The translations under genes and the position numbers were made by a program. A stretch of 64,000 bases of DNA from Minisyncoccota bacterium (GTDB lineage Bacteria > Patescibacteriota > Minisyncoccia > Phycocordibacterales > UBA9973), in assembly GCA_035299545.1 (NCBI GenBank), contig DATGWJ010000021.1:10090-74089 (forward strand). The letters are read 5' to 3'. Position 1 is the stretch's first letter, and every line of letters begins with the position of its first letter. Below are positions 10,090-20,825 of the stretch, piece by piece. A model generated the notes under the pieces. That model was given only the letters and a program-made list of their open reading frames with translations, was not told where the DNA came from and ran no database searches.

Positions 10090-10788
10090 TTATATCACAA
10101 GAGCTAAGTGTTCTAAAACCATTTTCACTGAGCCGCCTTGTGTACTTAGATAACCTCGACTTTTTTGTAATTCTTCTAAAATAAATTTTAATTTTTCATC
10201 CTTTCTATCTTTCTTAAATTTTTGATAAAAAATATTTTCTAATTCATTTATAAAAGAAGTTGCATAATACCTGAGCTGCCCACTATTCTCTTCACTTTTA
10301 TTATCTTTAATTATTTCTGCAACTTTATCTATTCTATCTTTCAGAGAAGATGCGACAAATGATAATGCTTCTTTCTGGATATCTTTATTATTTCCACTAT
10401 CTATTTTTATAATATGGGTTCTTGAGATAATAGTATCTAGAAGTACAGAAGCATCTGGAACTACTAAAAAGAAGTGAGTATTCTCCGCTGGTTCCTCGAT
10501 TATTTTGAGTAATGTCTGCTCTGCTTCTCGATTTATAAAATTAGAAGCAATGATACAAACTCTTTTACCCTCTGTTACTCCGAGTTTACTATGCCAATCT
10601 TTTATTTCCCTACTGTCATCCATCGTGAACGACTCATACACCTGACAAATAACATCAGGGCTATTACTTTCAATATGGCCAGATTCTTCTAAATATTTAA
10701 GTAATTCATTCGGAGCTGTTTCCTTATCTCCTTCTATAACATAACTATGGTAGAGCTCTTTAGGAAAAAGTTCATTAAAAATATTCAT
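10090..10788 (-). CDS. holB: DNA polymerase III delta' subunit-like protein
   Basis: EAEQTLLKIIEEP...FFL...LLDTIISR clamp-loader motif. Confidence 0.75.
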   Translation of the reverse strand: MNIFNELFPKELYHSYVIEGDKETAPNELLKYLEESGHIESNSPDVICQVYESFTMDDSREIKDWHSKLGVTEGKRVCIIASNFINREAEQTLLKIIEEPAENTHFFLVVPDASVLLDTIISRTHIIKIDSGNNKDIQKEALSFVASSLKDRIDKVAEIIKDNKSEENSGQLRYYATSFINELENIFYQKFKKDRKDEKLKFILEELQKSRGYLSTQGGSVKMVLEHLALVI

Positions 10789-10794
10789 ACAATA

Positions 10795-11664
10795 CTATTG
10801 TACATCAATCGGGAAAATATCAGAAAGGTCTCCTGAATAATAGAACTCATAAGCTATATCACCAAAAGTATAGTCGGTATTATTCAATCTTATTACTGAG
10901 CCACCTGCCTGCGGATTCTCTTTGGGCACAGAATAATAAAATCCTAAATTATAAAGAGTAGCAAGAATTTCCGGTCTGTTACTTATGTCGTATCCAGATT
11001 TTTCCCATTGCGTAATTATTTGCCTCATGAATAGACCAACATACAAGTAAGAATAATACGGGTCTTTAGAGTTCGTTATTCTGTTCATCCTTTCTACTTC
11101 CACGTCTACTCCCGGCGCATAGTCAGCTACGTGCTCCATATCTTCCCCTAGATAATAAACAGACTCTTTATTCTTTAAATTACTTTCTATTATTCCTACT
11201 GTTTTAGGTTTTAGGCCTGCAATGCCAAAAGAAGTATTTGAAAGTGATGCCAAAATTTTTAGTGGTTCAAAATAACTTTTTAGTGATTCTCTTCTACTAC
11301 TGAAGAATCTAAATTGTTCTCCTATAACTGCACCGAGCATTAAGCGCGGAGATATACCAGCATCATTCGCAGCTCTTTTTATCACTTCTTGATCACGAGT
11401 GAAAACTTCTCGCATAAGTCTCCATTCATCAGTGTTAGCCCAATCTTTAGTAAAAATAAATGGATTATCTATTATTTGTATTCTACTTACAGCACTTGCA
11501 TTCTTGGTCACATTAAAATAAGAATTCCTTTCTGAGACCGAACCCTTAACATTAAACCAACCAAATTGCATTCCAAAATAGACAAAAGTAAAAACAAATC
11601 CAATAAAAGCAAATATGAACACAACTAGGCGAAAGATATTTCGTTGGATTTTCTTATAATTCAT
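10795..11664 (-). CDS. Membrane-anchored hypothetical protein, possible lysozyme-like fold
   Basis: 289 aa; N-terminal TM; GEQ...SFGIAG...LATLYNLG resembles transglycosylase-type motifs. Confidence 0.6.
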   Translation of the reverse strand: MNYKKIQRNIFRLVVFIFAFIGFVFTFVYFGMQFGWFNVKGSVSERNSYFNVTKNASAVSRIQIIDNPFIFTKDWANTDEWRLMREVFTRDQEVIKRAANDAGISPRLMLGAVIGEQFRFFSSRRESLKSYFEPLKILASLSNTSFGIAGLKPKTVGIIESNLKNKESVYYLGEDMEHVADYAPGVDVEVERMNRITNSKDPYYSYLYVGLFMRQIITQWEKSGYDISNRPEILATLYNLGFYYSVPKENPQAGGSVIRLNNTDYTFGDIAYEFYYSGDLSDIFPIDVQ

Positions 11665-11667
11665 ATT

Positions 11668-12681
11668 TTATTTCTTACTTAAAATGCTTTTCTTATAAGT
11701 ATCTAAGTGGTTAAGTGCTTCTCCTGTACCTTTAGCTACACATAGAAGCGGTTCATCGGCAACGCGAGCTTTCACCCCTGTCCTTCTGTAAACTAAATCT
11801 GCCAAGTTTCTAAGCTGACTAGAACCTCCTGTCATAATAATACCGTCGTCTATAATATCTGAAGCGAGTTCTGGAGGTGTCTCTGAAAGAACATCCTTAA
11901 TAGCACCGATCATAGTGCGCAATTCTTTGTCTATCGCTTTCACAATTTCATTTGTAGAAATCTGTGCTGTACGAGGAAGACCTTGGATATAATCGCGTCC
12001 TTTGATTGTGATAGTCAACTCTTCTTCAAGAGGAACAGCTGCACCAATTTTTATTTTAATTGCTTCTGCTGTTCTGTCTCCAATAGCAAGATTGAAAGTT
12101 TTCTTTATGTAGTCAGTGATAGCTTGGTCTATTTTATTGCCGGCACATTTTACTGAAGTTGAAGCTACAATTCCTCCTAGCGCAATAACTGCAATATCTG
12201 TAGTACCTCCTCCTATATCCATAATCATATATCCTCTTGATTCTTGAATTGGAATACCTGCACCGATTGCAGCTAGAATTGGTTCCTTCACTACATATGC
12301 ATTCTTTGCTCCAGCTCTTATCGCTGCTTCCACAACAGCTCTGCGTTCTGTCGATGTAATCCCTGCAGGCACAGATACCATAACATCTGGTTTAAATAAA
12401 TTAAATTTACCAAGCGACTTGGAAATGAAATATCGAAGCATAGCTTCTGTAACTCTGTAATCTGCTATTACTCCGTCTTTCATAGGGCGATACACTATAA
12501 TATTCTCGGGAGTTTTACCTATCATGTCTCGTGCTTCAATACCAATGGCAAGAATCAAATTATCCTGCTCAGAAACAGCCACAACAGAGGGCTCATTTAA
12601 GATAATCCCTTTATTTGGTAGGTATACAAGAGTATTGGCTGTACCTAAATCTATCCCTAATTTTTTCGAAAATATAGACAT
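11668..12681 (-). CDS. mreB: Rod shape-determining protein MreB/Mbl
   Basis: GIDLGTANT, EPSVVA, DIGGGTT, TPPELASDI, TGGSS. Confidence 0.96.
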   Translation of the reverse strand: MSIFSKKLGIDLGTANTLVYLPNKGIILNEPSVVAVSEQDNLILAIGIEARDMIGKTPENIIVYRPMKDGVIADYRVTEAMLRYFISKSLGKFNLFKPDVMVSVPAGITSTERRAVVEAAIRAGAKNAYVVKEPILAAIGAGIPIQESRGYMIMDIGGGTTDIAVIALGGIVASTSVKCAGNKIDQAITDYIKKTFNLAIGDRTAEAIKIKIGAAVPLEEELTITIKGRDYIQGLPRTAQISTNEIVKAIDKELRTMIGAIKDVLSETPPELASDIIDDGIIMTGGSSQLRNLADLVYRRTGVKARVADEPLLCVAKGTGEALNHLDTYKKSILSKK

Positions 12682-12767
12682 AATATGTATTTAACAAGGC
12701 TATTGTAACACAAAATAATTAATTTAAAAATTGGGCCCAAATGGCATCTTTGTGCTACGATATAAAT

Positions 12768-14723
12768 ATGTATATAGCCACAGTTATACCTCTAGCTAAA
12801 GGAAGCCAAAAAGAATATTTGACTTATTTTTCAGGAACCGATATTCCTCTAGGAAGCATAGTTACTGTGCCTATTCGCTCAAAAAATTTTGATGCAATTG
12901 TGGTAAATATTGAAGAAGCAAAAAATCTAAAATCCGATATCAAGAATGCTGACTATCAACTTAAAAAAATAACCGAAGTAAAAGGTGATTCACCTTTTGA
13001 TAAAAATTTTTTCAATGCTTGCCAGAAAATGAAGGATTATGCAGTCAGTAATACTGGTTCTGTTATTAAATCTCTCTTGCCATCTGCTCTTTTAGAAAAT
13101 ATTGCGCGACTCAAAAAAATAAATAATACTGAAGATAACGATTCAGTAAAAGAAAATCTCAAGCACGAGAAATTAATATTTCAAGCAAACCAAGAAGACC
13201 GCTTAGCATTCTATCGTACTCTCATACGCGAAGCATTTGCTAAAAAAGAATCTGTTTTTATTTGTGTACCCACTCGCTATGATATAGACCATTTTCATAA
13301 AGAACTCGCCAAAGGCATTGAGAAATATGTATTTTCTTTCCACTCTGATATGCCTAAAAAGGTTATCGTGGATACATATAACTCCTCATTAACCGAGGTT
13401 CACCCTATCCTTATTATTGGCACAGGAATATTTATGTCCATTCCTCGTCATGATATTAAAACAGTAGTAGTTGAGAGTGAGAGTTCTGATATCTACAAAC
13501 AAATGGCAAGGCCATACGTAGACATTCGAGGATTCGCTGAAATACTATCATCATTACAAAAAACTAAATTAATATTTGGAGACACGCTCTTGCGACCAGA
13601 AACACTATATAGACACGAACAAGGAGAATTTGGAGAAATATCCTCCCCTCTTTATCGTCTTCCACAAACAGAAAGGCAAACGGTGGTAGATATGAAAAAT
13701 GAAGTAGCTAGCACAGGTAAGAAAGTTTTCACAATCATTAGTAATGATACAAGAAAGATGATAGATGATGCTCTATCTAAGAATCAATCCATTTTCTTAT
13801 TCTCTGTTCGAAAAGGTTTAGCTCCTATCACAACTTGTAGTGATTGCGGAAATACATTACTTTGTCCGGATTGCTCTGCTCCAATGGTTCTCTATGGCAC
13901 CAAACAAATAACTGCAAACAAGGCAACTACACCAAGAATATTTATGTGTAATAAATGCGGACGCAAAGAAAGAACGGAAGTTTCTTGCCCAAATTGCTCA
14001 AGCTGGAATTTATCACCACTTGGAGTAGGCACAGACAGAGTTTGGGAAGAAATAAAAGCTTTATATCCTAAAGTAAAAGTTATCCAAATAGATAAAGAAA
14101 ACACACCTACACAGAAAGATGCATCTATCGCAATGAAAGAGTTCACTAAGAATAAAGGAAGTATTCTAATAGGTACTGAGATGGCATTTTCTAATCTTAA
14201 AGAAGAAGTATATGCGAGTGCAGTGATATCTCTCGATGGATTATTTTCAATTCCTAGTTTTAATATCACTCAAAAAATTCTACACATCATAGAAAAATTA
14301 TTTTATATCACAACTTCAAATATTATTATCCAAACACGAATGCCTGATAATAAAATCTTGCAATATATTCTAAGTGGTAATGTTCTTCCTCTTTGCCGAG
14401 AAGATTTAAAAGAAAGAAAAGATTTCGGTTACCCTCCTTTCCGACGATTAATAAAAATAACTTTCGAAGGCACCGCTAAGGAGACAGAATTCGCAAGAAA
14501 TTACATTGAGAATAAGCTTGGTAATTATGAACCGCAGATATTTAGTGCATTTATAAGTAAAATAAAAGGCAAATATATTACAAACACAGTTATAAAAGTT
14601 GATCCAAGAATTTGGCCACTTCCAACAGGCGATAAAAAGATTATAGACCAAAACTTAGCCGAGAATCTCTCCCAGTTACCTCCTGCTTTTTCTATAAACG
14701 TAGACCCTGAGGATTTGTTATAA
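12768..14723 (+). CDS. priA: Primosomal protein N' (PriA) with degenerate helicase motifs
   Basis: Zn region CxxC-CxxC-CxxC-CxxC, GVGTDRV, ILIGT, IQT, GYPPF; no recognisable Walker A. Confidence 0.85.
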   Translation: MYIATVIPLAKGSQKEYLTYFSGTDIPLGSIVTVPIRSKNFDAIVVNIEEAKNLKSDIKNADYQLKKITEVKGDSPFDKNFFNACQKMKDYAVSNTGSVIKSLLPSALLENIARLKKINNTEDNDSVKENLKHEKLIFQANQEDRLAFYRTLIREAFAKKESVFICVPTRYDIDHFHKELAKGIEKYVFSFHSDMPKKVIVDTYNSSLTEVHPILIIGTGIFMSIPRHDIKTVVVESESSDIYKQMARPYVDIRGFAEILSSLQKTKLIFGDTLLRPETLYRHEQGEFGEISSPLYRLPQTERQTVVDMKNEVASTGKKVFTIISNDTRKMIDDALSKNQSIFLFSVRKGLAPITTCSDCGNTLLCPDCSAPMVLYGTKQITANKATTPRIFMCNKCGRKERTEVSCPNCSSWNLSPLGVGTDRVWEEIKALYPKVKVIQIDKENTPTQKDASIAMKEFTKNKGSILIGTEMAFSNLKEEVYASAVISLDGLFSIPSFNITQKILHIIEKLFYITTSNIIIQTRMPDNKILQYILSGNVLPLCREDLKERKDFGYPPFRRLIKITFEGTAKETEFARNYIENKLGNYEPQIFSAFISKIKGKYITNTVIKVDPRIWPLPTGDKKIIDQNLAENLSQLPPAFSINVDPEDLL

Positions 14724-14775
14724 AAAATTACGTATTTACTTGCTTAGATTAAAAAGGTGTGATAATATACGCCTT

Positions 14776-15027
14776 ATGATTACAGTTATAGAAGTAAAGA
14801 AAAACGCAAACGAAAGCAATATGAATCTTGTCCGTCGCTTCACTCGTAAAGTGCAAGAGTCAGGAATTATTCAAAAGGTTAAGAGTAAGCGTTATAATAA
14901 GAGAGCCGAATCAAAAGTTAAAATCAAGCAAGCTACCTTGAAGCGAATAGCAAACAAGAAAGTTCAAGAGAAACTATTTAAATTAGGAAAAGCTACTAAG
15001 ACTCTCAAGAAAAAAGGCCACAAATAA
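14776..15027 (+). CDS. rpsU: 30S ribosomal protein S21
   Basis: IEVKKNANES..LVRRFTRKVQESGI..VKSKRY; basic small protein. Confidence 0.8.
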   Translation: MITVIEVKKNANESNMNLVRRFTRKVQESGIIQKVKSKRYNKRAESKVKIKQATLKRIANKKVQEKLFKLGKATKTLKKKGHK

Positions 15028-15031
15028 TCTT

Positions 15032-15418
15032 ATGTTAGATACAGATTTCTGTACTATTAAAAATAAAACAAAAAGCAAGCTTCCAAGCTTGCCTTTTGTT
15101 TCTATGAAAGACAAAATTCTAGGTAAAAAATACGAATTCGGATTAAGTCTGCTTACACCTCTAGAACAGAAGAAGATAAATTTTAAATACAGAGGCAAAA
15201 ATGAAACTACCAATATTCTCTCTTTCCCCTTATCTAAAACATCTGGAGAAATTACTATAGATCCTATTAAAGTGAAGAAGGATGCTCCGCTTTTTGATAT
15301 GACTTACCCCCAATTTTTCAAATTCTTAGTTATCCACGGAATGTTACATTTGAAAGGTTTCGAACATAGTAGTACAATGGAGAAGAAAGAGAAGGAATAT
15401 CTTAGAATGTTTTCTTAA
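15032..15418 (+). CDS. ybeY: rRNA maturation endonuclease YbeY
   Basis: YRGKNETTNILSFP and HGMLHLKGFEH motifs. Confidence 0.92.
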   Translation: MLDTDFCTIKNKTKSKLPSLPFVSMKDKILGKKYEFGLSLLTPLEQKKINFKYRGKNETTNILSFPLSKTSGEITIDPIKVKKDAPLFDMTYPQFFKFLVIHGMLHLKGFEHSSTMEKKEKEYLRMFS

Positions 15419-15438
15419 ATATTTTCTCTTTTTACTTC

Positions 15439-16614
15439 ATGCTGAAAAATAATTACACTTGCGGAATAGATATAGGAACTCATACTACAAAAGTTGTTGT
15501 GGTGGGTTTTGATAAAGGGAAAAAAGAACCCGTTGTTCTTGCGACTGGTTCATCTCCTACTGTCGGAATGCGTTTCGGATATATAGCCAATGTAGATGCT
15601 GTTGCAGATAGTATTAAAAAGGCTGTAAAACAAGCAGAGAATATTTTGGGAATTAAAATTCACAGAGCTTATGTATCCATCGGAGGCATAAGTTTGAGTT
15701 CTAGTATTTCCACTGGCTCAGTAATTATTTCAAAAGCTGATCAAGAAATTACAAACCTAGATGTAGTAAAAGTTATCGCTAACAGCGAAGAAAATCTCGA
15801 TGTGTTAAATAAAAAAGTAATTCATACTTTTCCTCTTTCTTATAAACTTGATGGTAAAGAAATTTATGCAAGGCCAGAAGGATTGCGAGGTATCAAGCTA
15901 GAAGTTAGAACTTTGTTTGTTACTTGTTTAAAACAAAATATCGAAGACCTTATCACAGCTTTCACATTAGCAAAAATAGAAATAGAAGAAATAATTGCTT
16001 CTCCTATTATAACTGCAAATATTCTCTTAGGGAGTAAGCAGAAAGTAGCTGGATGTATTCTGATGGATATCGGAGCAGAGACAGTATCTACTGCAGTATT
16101 TGAGAATAATGTACCTATATCAGTAGCCGTATTCCCTATAGGAAGTATGGATATTACGAAGGATATAGCATTAGGTCTTAAAATCTCTCTAGAAGAAGCA
16201 GAGAGTATCAAGCTTGGAAGTGTCACAGGTGGTGACTATTCAAAAAAGAAAGTTGATGAAATAGTTGAAGCAAGATTGATTGATATTTTTGAACTTGTCG
16301 GTAACCAATTAAAACGTTTAAAGCGTTTCGAACTTCTTCCTGCAGGAATTATAATTACTGGGAATGGTTCATATATAAATAATATTGAAGAAATTGCTCG
16401 TAGAGAATTAAAGCTCCCAGTTAAAGTAGGACCAATCGATTCTTCTTTTAATAATAAATTTAAAGTTCGTGATGCTTCTTGGTATACAGCTTTAGGTCTT
16501 GCTCTATCTGTAGGTGAAGAATATGTAAACGACGCATCGAACAGCACTGTGAGCGGAAATATAAAAGAAGTAAAAAGTTTTTTCAAATCTATATTTTCCC
16601 AGCTTCTTCCCTAA
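15439..16614 (+). CDS. ftsA: Cell division protein FtsA
   Basis: GIDIGTHTTK, DIGAETV, ITKDIA, AESIK; directly upstream of ftsZ. Confidence 0.94.
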   Translation: MLKNNYTCGIDIGTHTTKVVVVGFDKGKKEPVVLATGSSPTVGMRFGYIANVDAVADSIKKAVKQAENILGIKIHRAYVSIGGISLSSSISTGSVIISKADQEITNLDVVKVIANSEENLDVLNKKVIHTFPLSYKLDGKEIYARPEGLRGIKLEVRTLFVTCLKQNIEDLITAFTLAKIEIEEIIASPIITANILLGSKQKVAGCILMDIGAETVSTAVFENNVPISVAVFPIGSMDITKDIALGLKISLEEAESIKLGSVTGGDYSKKKVDEIVEARLIDIFELVGNQLKRLKRFELLPAGIIITGNGSYINNIEEIARRELKLPVKVGPIDSSFNNKFKVRDASWYTALGLALSVGEEYVNDASNSTVSGNIKEVKSFFKSIFSQLLP

Positions 16615-16722
16615 GAATAACAAGACAAAACAGGTATTTGTCAAATATTCCCTTTTTCTTGATTTCTGCTATTATGTATCTACTAACTTATTATTAATGA
16701 AAGACCTTACGTCTATAAATAT

Positions 16723-17898
16723 ATGCCTAAATTAAATCCAGATATTGAATCATTCGCAAGAATTAAAGTTATTGGAATTGGGGGTTCTGGAAAGAACGCC
16801 CTTAATCACATGATTAATTCGAAAGTTAAAGGAGTTGAGTTCATTGTTATGAATACAGACACTCAAGACCTTCACAATTCTCTAGCTGAAAAGAAAGTTC
16901 ACCTCGGTAAGAACCTCACTAAAGGTCTAGGAGCCGGAATGAATCCAGAAGTTGGCAAACGTGCAGCCGAAGAGACAAAAGCAGAAATTCAAGATGTCAT
17001 AAAGGGAGCAGATATGGTGTTCATCGCCTGCGGAATGGGTGGTGGTACAGGCACAGGTGCAGCCCCTATAGTCGCACAAGCAGCAAAAGAGCAAGGCATT
17101 CTCACTGTCGCTGTTGTAACTAAGCCATTTTCTTTTGAAGGAAATCAAAGAATGAAACTCGCAGACATGGGTCTTTCTGAACTTGAAAAAGAAGTTGATG
17201 CAATTCTAGTAATTCCTAATGATCGACTCATCGTTATATCAGGGAAAGAAGTCGGCTTCCGCCAAGCATTCGCAATGTGTGATGAAGTTCTAAAGCAAGC
17301 TGTGGAAGGTATCTCAGAATTAATCACTACTCCAGGTATGATCAACGTAGACTTCGCTGACATCAAAGCCGTAATGTATGACGCAGGAAGTGCACTTATG
17401 GGAGTAGGCATCGCAGCAGGTGAAGGACGCGCAGAGAAAGCAGCTTTAGCTGCAATAAATTCCCCTCTTCTAGACCTTTCTATTTCAGGAGCAAAAGGAG
17501 TTCTCTTTGCAATTTCTGGTGGAGACGATCTTACTATTCATGAAATACAAGATGCAGCAAAAGTTATTACTGAATCTATCGATAAAGATGCCAAGGTTAT
17601 ATTTGGAACTATTCGCGATGAGAAACTTAAGAAAGGAGAAATGAAAGTTACAGTTATCGCAACTGGCTTCCCTACTGATATGCCAAAGCGTTCACTCTTC
17701 CAAATGGGTCAATCTAGAGCCGTTGGAGAAACACCAACACCAGTAAAAGAAGAACCAAAGAAGGAAGAAAAAGAAAAGAACGGCAATAATAATGACTACA
17801 TAAAGAAAGCAGACAAAGAAAAAGTAGAAGATGATTTATTCATCGATGATACTGATGACTGGAGTACTGTTCCAGCATTTCTAAGAAGAAAGAAATAA
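16723..17898 (+). CDS. ftsZ: Cell division protein FtsZ
   Basis: GMGGGTGTG tubulin signature, INVDFAD, C-terminal VPAFLRR. Confidence 0.98.
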   Translation: MPKLNPDIESFARIKVIGIGGSGKNALNHMINSKVKGVEFIVMNTDTQDLHNSLAEKKVHLGKNLTKGLGAGMNPEVGKRAAEETKAEIQDVIKGADMVFIACGMGGGTGTGAAPIVAQAAKEQGILTVAVVTKPFSFEGNQRMKLADMGLSELEKEVDAILVIPNDRLIVISGKEVGFRQAFAMCDEVLKQAVEGISELITTPGMINVDFADIKAVMYDAGSALMGVGIAAGEGRAEKAALAAINSPLLDLSISGAKGVLFAISGGDDLTIHEIQDAAKVITESIDKDAKVIFGTIRDEKLKKGEMKVTVIATGFPTDMPKRSLFQMGQSRAVGETPTPVKEEPKKEEKEKNGNNNDYIKKADKEKVEDDLFIDDTDDWSTVPAFLRRKK

Positions 17899-17905
17899 AA
17901 AAACT

Positions 17906-18007
17906 AAACACGGCATATATAAAATTTTCTTCGCTTATCCCTCTCCGCTCGCAAGCTCGCTCCGGCGCGCCCACACCTACTCAGAAAATTTCATATATGC
18001 CGTGTTT
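17906..18007 (+). repeat. Structured intergenic repeat, family A, copy 1
   Basis: Long terminal IR; 84-bp core 17915-17998 identical to 19002-19085. Confidence 0.9.
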
Positions 18008-18056
18008 TTTATATGGATATTTTCTTTGTATTTGACTTATATGCTAAAATAAGAAT

Positions 18057-18983
18057 ATGTACGAATTAATCATTTTAGGAGGTGGTCCTGCTGGCACAGC
18101 TGCCGCAGTATATGCTGCCCGCAAACAATTAAAAACAGCTATTATCACAAGTGATTTCGGTGGCCAATCTATGGTCTCTGAGAAAATCTTTAACTGGATC
18201 GGTACTCCTGAAATACCTGGAGTAGATCTAGCTTCTAATTTCAAGAAACACGTTCTTTATTACAAAGGACCATATTTAGATGTAATAGAAGGAGAAAAGA
18301 TTACTTCAGTAACAAAAAATGATAATGTAATTACAGTTAAGTCCGAATCTGGTAAAGAATACACTTCGAAAGCTCTTATCATAGCAACTGGTAGTGGACG
18401 CAGAAAATTGGAAGCAATCAACGCAGATACTTTTGAAAACAAAGGAATTACTTACTGCGCATCTTGCGATGGTCCTTTGTTTGCGGACCAAGATGTCGTT
18501 GTTATAGGTGGAGGCAATGCTGCATTTGAGACATCCGCTCAACTTCTCGCCTATTGCAAGAGTGTAACTTTAATACACAGAAGTGAAAACTTCCGTGCAG
18601 ATGAGATAACAGTTAAGAAAATTTTTGAAAATCCTAAATTCAAAGCAATAACAAATTCCGAAGTTGTGAGAGTAGATGGTGAACAGTTTGTAAGCTCTAT
18701 TACTTATAAAAATAAAATTACAGGAGAAACTGGAACTCTTCCTACAGCAGGTATATTCGTAGAGATAGGACAAATACCAAACATTGATTTCGTAAAAGAT
18801 ATAGTCAAAATAGATGATTTTGGCAAGATTGCTGTTGATCCTATGAACCAGATGACTAGTGTAGAAGGTATCTGGGCGGCAGGTGATTGTACAAATGGCA
18901 GATATCATCAGAACAACATCGCTGCTGGTAACGGAGTCGTCGCTCTTGAAGACGCTTACCTTTGGATACAAAAGAATAAATAA
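18057..18983 (+). CDS. trxB: Thioredoxin reductase-like FAD oxidoreductase
   Basis: GGGPAG, CASCD redox motif, GGGNAA, GIWAAGD. Confidence 0.88.
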   Translation: MYELIILGGGPAGTAAAVYAARKQLKTAIITSDFGGQSMVSEKIFNWIGTPEIPGVDLASNFKKHVLYYKGPYLDVIEGEKITSVTKNDNVITVKSESGKEYTSKALIIATGSGRRKLEAINADTFENKGITYCASCDGPLFADQDVVVIGGGNAAFETSAQLLAYCKSVTLIHRSENFRADEITVKKIFENPKFKAITNSEVVRVDGEQFVSSITYKNKITGETGTLPTAGIFVEIGQIPNIDFVKDIVKIDDFGKIAVDPMNQMTSVEGIWAAGDCTNGRYHQNNIAAGNGVVALEDAYLWIQKNK

Positions 18984-18992
18984 GAAACTAAA

Positions 18993-19094
18993 AAACAGGG
19001 TATATATAAAATTTTCTTCGCTTATCCCTCTCCGCTCGCAAGCTCGCTCCGGCGCGCCCACACCTACTCAGAAAATTTCATATATACCCTGTTT
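18993..19094 (+). repeat. Family A repeat, copy 2
   Basis: Same 84-bp core as copy 1, with a different but still paired outer stem (AAACAGGGT/ACCCTGTTT). Confidence 0.9.
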
Positions 19095-19099
19095 CTGTT

Positions 19100-19858
19100 T
19101 TATATAGTTTGATTTACTAAAATTCCCTCCAATATTTCTAATTCAGATTTTGAATTTGGTTGGAAAATTTCCATCATATTTGAAAGTGGGACACCTTCTA
19201 TTTCCAATCCTTGCTCTTGCGCTAATTTAATTAAGTCAGGAAGATAATATTCTTTTTGAGCATTTTCATTCTTTATCTTATTTATATTATTCCATAACCA
19301 TTCAGCATCAAAAGCATAAATTGCAGGATTAACTTCTTTTATTTCTTTTTCTTCGTCGTTTGCATCTTTAAATTCCACAATTTTCACAATCTTACCATTC
19401 GCATCCCGAACAATTCTCCCTAAATTATAAGCTCCCACTCTCCAATCTTTAAAATCAGGCAATGACACTGTCCCCATTGTAATAACTGCTTTGGACTTTT
19501 CATGAGCATCGATTACATTTGTAATTGTCTCTTTAGAAATGAGTGGTTGATCAGTTGAAATAACAAAGATTGTTTTATGATCAGGGTGAACTTGTGGTTT
19601 TGCAGACATAACTGCATGCCCTGTGCCAAGTTGCTCTTCTTGGTGGGCATATATATTATCCATACCAAAAACTTCAAATATTCTTTCTTTTTTATGTCCC
19701 ACGACAATCACTGGCTTTATAGATAAATCAATTGTCGCTAAAGTATCTAAAATGTGCCTTAAAAATGGTTTCCCTCGAAGCATTGCAAGAGCCTTAGGGT
19801 CGTCGGATTCCATTCTTTTTCCTTTTCCTGCAGCTAAAATAATTATTTGTGTGCTCAT
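19100..19858 (-). CDS. Nucleotidyltransferase, GlmU N-terminal domain only
   Basis: [40 protein letters not shown]; no acetyltransferase domain. Confidence 0.85.
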   Translation of the reverse strand: MSTQIIILAAGKGKRMESDDPKALAMLRGKPFLRHILDTLATIDLSIKPVIVVGHKKERIFEVFGMDNIYAHQEEQLGTGHAVMSAKPQVHPDHKTIFVISTDQPLISKETITNVIDAHEKSKAVITMGTVSLPDFKDWRVGAYNLGRIVRDANGKIVKIVEFKDANDEEKEIKEVNPAIYAFDAEWLWNNINKIKNENAQKEYYLPDLIKLAQEQGLEIEGVPLSNMMEIFQPNSKSELEILEGILVNQTI

Positions 19859-19907
19859 ATAATATAAAAAAATTATTTATAATGGCTTTACTTTCTTGTA
19901 AGACCTG

Positions 19908-19980
19908 TGCGCGATACAGGATTCGAACCTGTGACATCGTCAACGTCAATGACGCGCTCTACCAACTGAGCTAACCGCGC
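19908..19980 (-). tRNA. tRNA-Val(GAC)
   Basis: GCGCGGTTAGCTCAGTTGGTAGAGC...CGTCA-TTGACGT-TGACG...GGTTCGAATCC; cloverleaf; CCA not encoded. Confidence 0.95.
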
Positions 19981-19988
19981 AAATTTTG

Positions 19989-20075
19989 CGGAAGCGGTGA
20001 GATTTGAACTCACGATACGGTCTCCCGTATGCCGCTTTTCGAAAGCGGTGCCTTCAACCGCTCAGCCACGCTTCC
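19989..20075 (-). tRNA. tRNA-Ser(CGA)
   Basis: GGAAGCG acceptor, CCGCT-TTCGAAA-AGCGG anticodon arm, long variable arm, GTTCAAATC. Confidence 0.95.
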
Positions 20076-20122
20076 ATATAAAACATTAAGTTAGTATACC
20101 GAAACGAGGCTAAATAATCAAT

Positions 20123-20755
20123 TTAAGGTAACTGTCGTACTTCTTTTTGAAGAATGTGACCATCTTCATCTAAGTCGTAAATTAAAACTTGCCCAAAAGG
20201 AAGCTCAACTTTCTCAATATCAGCATCAGAAATATTTTCTATATACTTCATTATTGAGCGACCAGAATTACCATGACATACGACTAAGACATTCTTCCCC
20301 TCTTTTAAAACTGGCAATATTTTATTCAAGAAAAAAGGCACAGACCTCTCGTAAACCATTTTCAAACTTTCTCCATTGGAAATATTGCAATCCCAACCTC
20401 TTCGAATTTTTAAAAATTCTTCTTCCCCTAGTAACTTTTGCATTTCCCATTTATTCTTACCGGTGTAGTCGCCGTAGTCACGCTCGTTTAACTCTTTAGC
20501 TTCTTCGGTAGGAATATCTTTACTTAAAGAACTACCTTCTTGTATGGATTCAAGTGTCTCTTTTGAGCGAACCTGAGCAGAGGTAAAAATCTTATCAAAA
20601 TGAATTCCTTCAACTAACTTTCCCATATTTCTTGCCTGTTCAAAACCAAGTGGAGACAAATGAACATCTACAACTCCAGTCCACTTCCCAAGCTTATTCC
20701 ATTCTGATTCGGTATGCCTTAATAACACAAGCTTTCCTACGTTTTTTGTTTCCAT
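20123..20755 (-). CDS. gpmA: 2,3-bisphosphoglycerate-dependent phosphoglycerate mutase
   Basis: LVLLRHTESEWN, LNERDYG, GESL, HGNS. Confidence 0.9.
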   Translation of the reverse strand: METKNVGKLVLLRHTESEWNKLGKWTGVVDVHLSPLGFEQARNMGKLVEGIHFDKIFTSAQVRSKETLESIQEGSSLSKDIPTEEAKELNERDYGDYTGKNKWEMQKLLGEEEFLKIRRGWDCNISNGESLKMVYERSVPFFLNKILPVLKEGKNVLVVCHGNSGRSIMKYIENISDADIEKVELPFGQVLIYDLDEDGHILQKEVRQLP

Positions 20756-20791
20756 TTATATAGTATACAACAAATAGTAAACCCTTCGCTC

Positions 20792-20820
20792 TTGACAAAA
20801 TGAGGCACTTACAATATACT
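20792..20820 (+). promoter_or_regulatory. Sigma70-type promoter with no downstream ORF
   Basis: TTGACA-17 nt-TATACT. Confidence 0.7.
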
Positions 20821-20825
20821 GTGTT

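Noticed and set aside
17906-19094. Repeats as a CRISPR array
   Set aside because: Copies are ~100 bp, dispersed and separated by whole genes; no regular repeat-spacer period and no cas genes.
18570-19107. ORFs 18570..19061 (-) and 18883..19107 (+)
   Set aside because: Shadow frames overlapping trxB and the family A repeat.
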